Shown here one piece after another: positions 1 to 7,075 of a DNA stretch of 40,932 nucleotides. Below the pieces are notes generated by a model. It ran no database searches. It was not told the DNA's origin and saw only the letters and a program-made list of their open reading frames with translations. The stretch comes from a virus. Its lineage: Duplodnaviria; Caudoviricetes. Each line of letters opens with the position of its first letter. Position 1 is the stretch's first letter. The stretch lies in IMG/VR virus record IMGVR_UViG_3300014202_000363, positions 1 through 40,932 of that record. One strand, 5' to 3'. The position numbers and the translations under genes are program-made.

Positions 1-115
1 TTGGTGGGTTGTTGTAAAATTTACAATGTAGCCATAGGATTGACTTATGGGAGAGAAAAAGCCACGCAATCACGAAACCAAGCGGTACAATAAAGACAGA
101 CCTAGTATGTTGGGT
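1..115. repeat. Terminal direct repeat, left copy (circularisation overlap)
   Basis: 1-115 matches 40818-40932 except T91/C40908 and G105/A40922. Confidence 0.97.
12..40 (+). promoter_or_regulatory. Putative sigma70-type promoter for terS/late operon with overlapping palindrome
   Basis: TTGTAA(12-17)-17 nt-TAGGAT(35-40), 6 nt before ATG 47; palindrome TTGTAAA-A-TTTACAA (12-26) covers the -35. Confidence 0.5.
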
Positions 116-661
116 TTAGGCATGAGTGCCGCCATTAGCTCTAAGCTCACTGGAACCCACGAAGAAACCGTTAAAAAGCTCGATGAAATGAAAGGCGACA
201 TGGAAGGTGTTCCAGTCGAGAAACGGAAAGAACATTTCTATCGAATGGTGATGTACTATTCGTCGATTGGATTCCCAGACAACGTCATTGCAAGACGGTT
301 AGAGTGTCCTGTTGGGACTGTTCGAAAGGTACTTGGATCCGATAGTATCCGCGCTGAAGTGCAAGCCTTGTCTGACGGCCTAATCCAAAAAGAAATTCAA
401 AAGATATTCACACGCATCCTGCCTGAAGCCATTGCTACTACTTACGGCCTTATGGTTGATGACGAGGAAAAAAGCGCGGTCAGGTTAGATGCCGCTAAAC
501 ACATGATGGATAGAGCTTTAGGTAAGCCCAAAGAGACCGTTGAGAATAAGACCACGATCCTTGCTGAAGTATTTGATGCTATTAAGAAAAACAGAGATGA
601 GGCTATCGAGGTCGAGGCGCAGCCTATTGATGAGCTAAAGGGGTTTTATGAAGAAAAGTGA
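47..661 (+). CDS. Putative terminase small subunit (HTH DNA-binding protein)
   Basis: HTH-like GFPDNVIARRLECPVGTVRKVL plus RLDAAKHMMDRALGKP motif seen in TerS-like phage proteins; first gene of the structural arm. Confidence 0.6.
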   Translation: MGEKKPRNHETKRYNKDRPSMLGLGMSAAISSKLTGTHEETVKKLDEMKGDMEGVPVEKRKEHFYRMVMYYSSIGFPDNVIARRLECPVGTVRKVLGSDSIRAEVQALSDGLIQKEIQKIFTRILPEAIATTYGLMVDDEEKSAVRLDAAKHMMDRALGKPKETVENKTTILAEVFDAIKKNRDEAIEVEAQPIDELKGFYEEK

Positions 662-821
662 AATAGTCACAGGAGTTGATTCTTTTGTTGTCAAAAAGGA
701 AGAAAAGCCTAAGATTGAAAGAAAGTCCTACGCGCCGATAGATTTAAAGACTGCACGCCGAGATATAAAACGCTTGCAAGAGAAGACTAACGGAACTTAC
801 TTTAAACAGAAAAAGGGGTAG
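648..821 (+). CDS. Small basic hypothetical protein (57 aa), not in ORF track
   Basis: ATG 648 to TAG 821, MKKSEIVTGVDSFVVKKEEKPKIERKSY...; fills the gap between neighbouring genes. Confidence 0.6.
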   Translation: MKKSEIVTGVDSFVVKKEEKPKIERKSYAPIDLKTARRDIKRLQEKTNGTYFKQKKG

Positions 822-826
822 GACAT

Positions 827-1012
827 ATGAAATGCAAGAAGCCGGAAGAATACTGTAGAAACACAAAAGAAGAAATTAAAACTGGATACAAAGTCCTACA
901 GTCCAACACTGTTAGGGATGTTTTATCTCTGTCCCAAAAGGGACTTCAATACATCAAAGACGAAAAAGAAATAGAAGAGTTAGAGAAGAAACTAGGAAAA
1001 AAGGATGAGTAA
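827..1012 (+). CDS. Hypothetical protein
   Basis: SD-like GGGGTAGGA; overlaps next gene. Confidence 0.65.
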   Translation: MKCKKPEEYCRNTKEEIKTGYKVLQSNTVRDVLSLSQKGLQYIKDEKEIEELEKKLGKKDE

Positions 1013-1286
1013 TATGAAACCAAAGTGTCAAAAACTAAAGGGTCCACTATACTCTCATCTCGGTCATTTCTCTCAAGATAGGTATGTTGAAAAAGGCCAT
1101 AACGAAAATGGAAAAATCAAATACGACTTCTCCGATAAGCCACTTCTTGTCGAGAAGAATTATGAGGATTCTCAGAAAATTAAAGACAGAATTAATCTAA
1201 GAAAAAAAATATCGATTGAGTCTGGTCAACCAGAAAGTATGATGCCATCTCCTCGCATGAAAAAACGAGAAGGATATAGAAAATGA
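1005..1286 (+). CDS. Hypothetical basic protein
   Basis: Tightly coupled; ATGA overlap with next gene. Confidence 0.65.
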   Translation: MSNMKPKCQKLKGPLYSHLGHFSQDRYVEKGHNENGKIKYDFSDKPLLVEKNYEDSQKIKDRINLRKKISIESGQPESMMPSPRMKKREGYRK

Positions 1287-1636
1287 CTATCTCACAAACC
1301 AGCACTCATGATTTTGTAGCCACTCCAGTAGATGCAACAGACTTCACTGAGCTTACATTAGTTAACGAAGATTCAAGCACTACTCAGATCATTAAAGATG
1401 AGATGAACGCGATTGAATACAAGAATGAATCAGGTTCTATCATAGAGCTTTGTGTAGGACCAACAGGGCAAAGTGGTGCTCCATACACCGTGATTCGTGT
1501 GGGATTACTATCCGGAGGAAGTGAAGGAGCTAAGAAACTAACCATGAGTAAAGGTTTATCTGTTTATATTCGAGCACTAGATGCCACTGCTGATCATGGA
1601 ATGCTCACATTAAACTTGTTACGAGGTCGGAAATGA
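1283..1636 (+). CDS. Small beta-sandwich virion-type protein (paralogue of C-terminal domain of 1633..2277)
   Basis: Aligns by eye with the next gene's C-terminus (HDFVATPV/NDYTGTPV; NESGSIIELCVG/DSSGQMLELGVG; VYIRAL/ISIRAV). Confidence 0.7.
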   Translation: MTISQTSTHDFVATPVDATDFTELTLVNEDSSTTQIIKDEMNAIEYKNESGSIIELCVGPTGQSGAPYTVIRVGLLSGGSEGAKKLTMSKGLSVYIRALDATADHGMLTLNLLRGRK

Positions 1637-2277
1637 TTAACATAATTGCAATTATTATACTTCTCTTCGGAGTTTCAATCGCAACAGATGCTCGTTCTGA
1701 CACTGTTGATTTGCCTAACTTAAAAAAGACTGCCACTGGAACAAGTCTTGGTGCTGGAAAGTACGCACTTGATGTATCTCTTCCTCCAGGTGCCGTGACG
1801 GTTGACGGTGGAAAAGACATTGGACAGGCTTCAGTTATTCCAGGCGACAAAGGATTGACAGTTCTTGGTTTAAGAAAAGATTCTACTGGAGCAGTAACAG
1901 GAGTCGCAGATGGGGACTATGGCCCGTTCCAACTTGATGCTGATGGGAACTTGAAAACCGTTAGTTCGACAGTTAATAAAACTCAAGTAGATGACAGTTA
2001 CAATGACTACACTGGGACTCCGGTTACTACTGGAACATGGGTAGAGCTTATCGCGTCTACTCCTGTTGATATTACAGAAGCCGAGATTTTCGATTCAAGT
2101 GGGCAGATGCTTGAGCTTGGAGTTGGAGCTGCTTTATCTGAAGTGAGAGTGCTGTATATAGCTCCAGGAGGCGGAGGACGTGGACCTTTAGTTATTCCCG
2201 CTGGGTCTAGGATTTCAATTCGCGCTGTAACTGGAACCGCAAACGTCGGTTTCAACATGATTAACTTTTTTGAATAG
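1633..2277 (+). CDS. Signal-peptide-bearing beta-sandwich protein
   Basis: Hydrophobic N-terminus MINIIAIIILLFGVSIATDARS; ATGA overlap with upstream gene. Confidence 0.8.
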   Translation: MINIIAIIILLFGVSIATDARSDTVDLPNLKKTATGTSLGAGKYALDVSLPPGAVTVDGGKDIGQASVIPGDKGLTVLGLRKDSTGAVTGVADGDYGPFQLDADGNLKTVSSTVNKTQVDDSYNDYTGTPVTTGTWVELIASTPVDITEAEIFDSSGQMLELGVGAALSEVRVLYIAPGGGGRGPLVIPAGSRISIRAVTGTANVGFNMINFFE

Positions 2278-2285
2278 GTGACAGA

Positions 2286-5200
2286 ATGAAGAAAATACTC
2301 GCGTCCCTCTTGCTTTTCACAACACTGACTGCGCACGCAGGAAGTCCATTCATCTTTAAAGGGAGTGTGGCTAAGAACCTGGCTTCAGGTGGAATTGAAG
2401 TTTCTAACTCTTCGACAAAACAAATCTTAGACTTAAACGTAGACCCTAGAGTTGGACCTGGTGTTGCGGCGACTGCCGGATCTATCGGAATGGGTGTTGG
2501 GCAAATATTCTACAAGTACGGTGCCGGAAACACTGACTGGTACATCATAAGTGGAACTGAAGGAACACCAAACACTTTTGCTGGGTACAGCACTGCAGGA
2601 CAGCTCGGACCGATTCCTGGTTGGACTACGTCAGACGTTCTCGGTGCTAAAAACTCTTTATCTTTTCAAAACATGGTAGCAGCTTCAGATCCTGGTGCCG
2701 TGAGTGTTAAGTCTCACACTTTTGAAATTGATTTAGATGCTCAAGCTCAGTCTACTGGAACAAGTTATCAGAACATGGTTTTAGATGCTCACTATGACAG
2801 ACCTAACAGTGGGGGCAATTTAACTGGTTCTTGGAACAACCTTACGGTTCAGTCAAATCACGAAGGAAGTGGGGATATTAGCTTTCTTTACGGGATTAAT
2901 AACAACATATCTAAAGCTGGGTCGGGTAACATCCTTAACGCTTACGGTATTAATAGTTTTATTCAGGGAAACACGTCTTCTAGCTCCACCGCAATTAACA
3001 CAGGGGTTAACGGAAACTCAGCTAATATTACTGGCATTCAATTAGACTTAAACGGAGACTCATCTAGTAACGCCATAGGAATAAACGCCGTTAACTCCGG
3101 TGATCACGCAGTTGATTTGTCGATGATTAACGCGAATATTGGTGGTGTTGTAACTGGGAACATTCAAGGATCTAGTGTTAACGTGCAGACTGGCGCGGCA
3201 CTTGCCGGAGTGAACGCATACAATGCAAACGTAAATGGTGCTGGCGGCAGTGTTAATTTATTTAATGGATCTTTTGGCGATGACGTTGGAGGAAACGCTA
3301 CCGTATTAAACTCGTTTGATAATTTTGAAACCACTGGCTCATTTAATGGTATTACTATCAGCAAAAATGGCCTGGTTGGTAACAACTCTTTCGGGGCTAG
3401 TATTAACTTCGGAGCTTCTGCTGATGTTACAGGGAACACCACAGGATTTAACTACACCGACGACGGAGACTCTACTGGGAACAAGCAAGGTCTCAATATT
3501 CAGATCAATGGCGACGCGACAAACGTGCAGGGAGCAAATATAAATGTTACTGGAACTTATAGCGGTGACGTAGATGGGTTAAACGTGAGTGTCGGATCTG
3601 CAACCGCTGTGAATGTGGTTAATAGAAAAACAGCAATGCGCTATTCTGGTGGGGCTTTGATAGGAAGTTTCGACCACCGAACTCAGTCAAGCTTTCCGCA
3701 GTTAGTAGACGGTGGAAACACTCTTTTTGGGAACCTTGTTGTTGATGCTGGTACTCCAATTACTGGAACAGATTACATATCGAATAACTTATCCGCTCAA
3801 TTGTCAGCGGAGGATGATTTCGGAACATCTGCATTCGGTCTTGGCTGGGCGTCGGTTGGATTTGTTGGTCAATTGAGTGTTCTTAGTGGAGCCACTGTTG
3901 ATAAAGCAACTTTCTCGATCTCAGGTGGCGCGGTTCCAGCTAGCTCAACAGGTGGAACAATTACAGACTTAGCTATGTACCGTGCAGTAAGCCCGATTAA
4001 CGCTGGCGGCACTTTAACAGCTACTAATATGTATGCTTTTAAGGCCGAGAACACATTGGGATCATGGAGTTCTGGCTACGCGACCAATGCTTACGGAATT
4101 TACCTTGATGATAGTGGCTTTGAGAACTACTTAGGCGGCACTACTCGTGTGGGTGGTTCTTCTTATGTTGCTCCAACCGAAGCCTTGGATGTTACTGGTT
4201 CTGCTAGATTGTCGAGTTCACTTAAGCTAGAGGACCCAGGCGCAGGAACGGATGCAATCACGATTCAAGCTCCAACTTTAGCGGCTCCTTATACTTTAAC
4301 CTTACCTGTTGATGACGGATCGAGTGGCGAGGTTCTTACAACTAACGGTTCTGGTGTTCTTTCATGGGCTGCGGCTGGTATCGCGTCCCCTCTTACTACT
4401 AAAGGGGATTTGTACACTTACGATACTGATAACGCTCGATTACCTGTAGGGACTAATAATCATGTTTTAATGGCTGACTCTGCTACTGCTACAGGACTTA
4501 AATACGCTCAGATTATTGACGCTAATATCGATGCGGCGGCTGCAATAGCAAGATCAAAGATCGCTGCCGGAACTGCAAGCCATGTCGTGATTAACGACGG
4601 AAGTGGAAATTTATCGAGTGAATCAAGCCTTGATGAAACTCGTGGTGGAACCGGACAGACCACTTACGCCACAGGAGATGTACTTTACGCAACAGGAGCT
4701 GACACTTTAGGGAAGCTGACCGCCGGAACTAACGGTAATGTATTAACTCTTGCTGCTGGTGTACCGACGTGGGCTGCTCCGGGAGGAGGGGGCTCTGCTT
4801 GGTCTGTTTTCGCTACAATAACTGGAGCAGATGATAGTTTGCTTGGATCTTTTTCTACCGACACTCCTGTAGAAAACTCTAGCTATACTTTAGCGAATAA
4901 CGTTGGGGCCAGCTTAAGCGCAGAAATATCTTGTTCAAGCACAAACGCAAGCACCGGAACCACGTGCTCTACTGGAGATGAACAACTTGGGATAGCCTTC
5001 ACTCCTACAACAACTGGATATGCTGAGGTTTGTGTTAACTTTAGTTATTATTCCGACAATGAAAACAATGCTATAACCAGTAGGCAATTTAAGTTAAACA
5101 AAACTGCTAATAACTCTCAAACCCCAACAACCTCTGGGACTAACATAAAGCCTACGTACTTATCTGGTGTTGGCGGAAGGAGTGCCAGCTCATTATATGT

Positions 5201-5381
5201 TGAAGTTTGCGATGTGTTTAGTGTTACAGCGTCAACAAAGGAAACATTTAGACTTGTTTACAGAGGCACTAGCGGTGGTGGTTCTGGAACGAATGCAGAA
5301 ATTATTTATGGGTCAACATCTTTTCAGGGGTGGACTGGAAGTGAAAATGGAAGAATTAATTTTAAAGCGAGGCCGTTATGA
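2286..5381 (+). CDS. Large fibre/adhesin-like protein (1031 aa) with Sec signal peptide
   Basis: MKKILASLLLFTTLTAHA (A-x-A cleavage); Asn/Gly-rich beta-solenoid-like middle; fibre-type modules TLTLPVDDGSSGEVLTTNGSGVLSW, PLTTKGDL, RGGTGQTTYATGDVLYA. Confidence 0.8.
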   Translation: MKKILASLLLFTTLTAHAGSPFIFKGSVAKNLASGGIEVSNSSTKQILDLNVDPRVGPGVAATAGSIGMGVGQIFYKYGAGNTDWYIISGTEGTPNTFAGYSTAGQLGPIPGWTTSDVLGAKNSLSFQNMVAASDPGAVSVKSHTFEIDLDAQAQSTGTSYQNMVLDAHYDRPNSGGNLTGSWNNLTVQSNHEGSGDISFLYGINNNISKAGSGNILNAYGINSFIQGNTSSSSTAINTGVNGNSANITGIQLDLNGDSSSNAIGINAVNSGDHAVDLSMINANIGGVVTGNIQGSSVNVQTGAALAGVNAYNANVNGAGGSVNLFNGSFGDDVGGNATVLNSFDNFETTGSFNGITISKNGLVGNNSFGASINFGASADVTGNTTGFNYTDDGDSTGNKQGLNIQINGDATNVQGANINVTGTYSGDVDGLNVSVGSATAVNVVNRKTAMRYSGGALIGSFDHRTQSSFPQLVDGGNTLFGNLVVDAGTPITGTDYISNNLSAQLSAEDDFGTSAFGLGWASVGFVGQLSVLSGATVDKATFSISGGAVPASSTGGTITDLAMYRAVSPINAGGTLTATNMYAFKAENTLGSWSSGYATNAYGIYLDDSGFENYLGGTTRVGGSSYVAPTEALDVTGSARLSSSLKLEDPGAGTDAITIQAPTLAAPYTLTLPVDDGSSGEVLTTNGSGVLSWAAAGIASPLTTKGDLYTYDTDNARLPVGTNNHVLMADSATATGLKYAQIIDANIDAAAAIARSKIAAGTASHVVINDGSGNLSSESSLDETRGGTGQTTYATGDVLYATGADTLGKLTAGTNGNVLTLAAGVPTWAAPGGGGSAWSVFATITGADDSLLGSFSTDTPVENSSYTLANNVGASLSAEISCSSTNASTGTTCSTGDEQLGIAFTPTTTGYAEVCVNFSYYSDNENNAITSRQFKLNKTANNSQTPTTSGTNIKPTYLSGVGGRSASSLYVEVCDVFSVTASTKETFRLVYRGTSGGGSGTNAEIIYGSTSFQGWTGSENGRINFKARPL

Positions 5382-5530
5382 AAAATATGAAATACTTATT
5401 ACTTTTATCCATATTATTATTCGCAGGATGTTCGACTCCGCAGTACATAGTTACTGCTGATAAATGTGATAAGTACGAACCGAACTTGCTGCATTGTAAA
5501 GTTAAAGGTTCAGTGCAAAAATTAAAGTGA
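5378..5530 (+). CDS. Small lipoprotein (50 aa), not in ORF track
   Basis: MKNMKYLLLLSILLFAGC lipobox; ATGA overlap with fibre stop; two further Cys. Confidence 0.75.
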   Translation: MKNMKYLLLLSILLFAGCSTPQYIVTADKCDKYEPNLLHCKVKGSVQKLK

Positions 5531-5540
5531 GGGGTATTCA

Positions 5541-5720
5541 ATGAACACAGATGAAATCAGGTTAGTAATCGAAGCACTTCTAATCCCTATGGCTGGACTC
5601 TGCGTTCACATACTTTCAGACTTGAAGAAATCGGTTCAGGAGTTGAATATCAAAGTGGCTGTCGTTATTGCCCGATTGGACGGCCATGAATCGAGAATCG
5701 GGAAACTAGAGGAAAAGTAA
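5541..5720 (+). CDS. Small membrane/coiled-coil protein, possible holin (59 aa), not in ORF track
   Basis: SD GAGGGG; MNTDEIRLVIEALLIPMAGLCVHIL then heptad LKKSVQELNIKVAVVIARLDGHESRIGKLE. Confidence 0.6.
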   Translation: MNTDEIRLVIEALLIPMAGLCVHILSDLKKSVQELNIKVAVVIARLDGHESRIGKLEEK

Positions 5721-5721
5721 A

Positions 5722-6018
5722 ATGGAAAAGATTAAGTTAGAATTAGAAGTACCTAAGGAATTACACGAATTAGTTTCTGTTCTTGTAGAGCTTATTTTGG
5801 TTTCTAAAGAACAATCAAAAGATGGGTTCGACCTGTCGAAAGATTTAGGCCCTATCCTGGCTGTTGCTGTTTCTAAACTACCTATCGCTGTTGAAGGTAT
5901 GGAAAAGATTAAGGACGAAATTAAGGCTGACCTTCCTGGTTCGATCAACGCTGTTTCGATCGAAGCAGTTCGATTGATTGAAGCTTTCATTAAAAAAGAA
6001 GAGCAACCACAAGCTTAA
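5722..6018 (+). CDS. Hypothetical protein in lysis cassette
   Basis: SD GAGGA; contiguous with neighbours. Confidence 0.75.
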   Translation: MEKIKLELEVPKELHELVSVLVELILVSKEQSKDGFDLSKDLGPILAVAVSKLPIAVEGMEKIKDEIKADLPGSINAVSIEAVRLIEAFIKKEEQPQA

Positions 6019-6037
6019 TCTACAAGGAGCGTCGTAT

Positions 6038-6226
6038 ATGGCATGGCTACAAGGTGCATGGAAGGTAATTAAATCAATACCAACTCTTATCTCTATAGCT
6101 AAGACCGTCTACGACGCTTACTTAGAGTTTGAGAGAAAACGAAAAATACGAGAAATGGAGAAAGCACTTGAAAAAGTCACTAATGGCGATCAGCGCGATC
6201 TTGAGCGTATTATTCGTCGGAAGTAG
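6038..6226 (+). CDS. Putative i-spanin-like/amphipathic membrane protein
   Basis: SD AAGGAG before ATG 6038 (MAWLQGAWKVIKSIP); 3' end overlaps a lipoprotein gene in another frame. Confidence 0.5.
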   Translation: MAWLQGAWKVIKSIPTLISIAKTVYDAYLEFERKRKIREMEKALEKVTNGDQRDLERIIRRK

Positions 6227-6503
6227 TTGTGGAACCACTCCAAACACAGAGATCCCTAAGATCAACGGGCTTATCTATATCCTCGACACAAGTATTGGTC
6301 GGGTTTGTCGAGTTAACGATGACGGTTCTCGCGCGTGCATTGCTCCTACTGATTCACTGTTTACTGGAAGCGTTGTTCTTCCTCGGGAGACTGCTCTTGA
6401 AGTGTTCGGATTGTTACCGCGTTGCAGAGACTGGGGAAGTGCGGAGAAGGAAAAGGCTGTAGAGTTTTTGAAGCGTAATCCAATAGTAGAGGAAGTGCTT
6501 TGA
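6183..6503 (+). CDS. Lipoprotein, putative o-spanin
   Basis: MAISAILSVLFVGSSCG lipobox-like; start embedded in upstream gene as in Rz/Rz1 pairs; directly before the endolysin. Confidence 0.55.
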   Translation: MAISAILSVLFVGSSCGTTPNTEIPKINGLIYILDTSIGRVCRVNDDGSRACIAPTDSLFTGSVVLPRETALEVFGLLPRCRDWGSAEKEKAVEFLKRNPIVEEVL

Positions 6504-6910
6504 TGATTAAATTCGCAAAATGGTCTAAACAGCAGTTATCCCCTTTCTTCCATTCTGTAGAATTTAGATGCCGATGTACTGAATCGGACTGTGACACAAC
6601 ATTAGTTGATCCAGAGTTGTTAAACAGGCTTGATGCCATGAGAAAGATTTTAAAACAGTCTATTGTAATCTTAGGAGCTTTTAGATGCGCAAAGCATCAG
6701 CAGAATCTAAGAGGACAAGGGAAGCAGACTGCGATTGGAGTTAGTCAGCATGAGCTTGGAAAAGCTGTTGATCTAATGTCGATTGGTAAGACCACAGAGG
6801 AACTAGAGAAAGCTGCGAGTGAAGCGGGATTTAAGTCTATAGGTTTGGCCCGTGGTTGGATTCATGTTGACTTAAGGGATGACAAAGATAGAAGGTGGAA
6901 ATATTCATGA
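6500..6910 (+). CDS. Peptidase M15A-family endolysin
   Basis: EFRCRC, AFRCAKHQ, SQHELGKAVD (SxHxxGxAxD) and WIHVDLR zinc-peptidase motifs. Confidence 0.92.
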   Translation: MMIKFAKWSKQQLSPFFHSVEFRCRCTESDCDTTLVDPELLNRLDAMRKILKQSIVILGAFRCAKHQQNLRGQGKQTAIGVSQHELGKAVDLMSIGKTTEELEKAASEAGFKSIGLARGWIHVDLRDDKDRRWKYS

Positions 6911-6924
6911 AAGGAGACATATCC

Positions 6925-7017
6925 ATGAAAGGTAAAAAAATGACTGCTAAAAAAGCAGCGAAAAAGACTACCGAAAAGAAGCCTATGAAGGCTAAAAAAG
7001 CGGCAAAGAAATATTAA
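6925..7017 (+). CDS. 30-aa Lys/Ala-rich histone-H1-like peptide, not in ORF track
   Basis: SD AAGGAGA; MKGKKMTAKKAAKKTTEKKPMKAKKAAKKY (14 of 30 Lys). Confidence 0.75.
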   Translation: MKGKKMTAKKAAKKTTEKKPMKAKKAAKKY

Positions 7018-7075
7018 TTTCCTACGCAAAAACAAGGGGAACGGGAGTCACATCTCTTCCCCTTGACTCCTAAAG

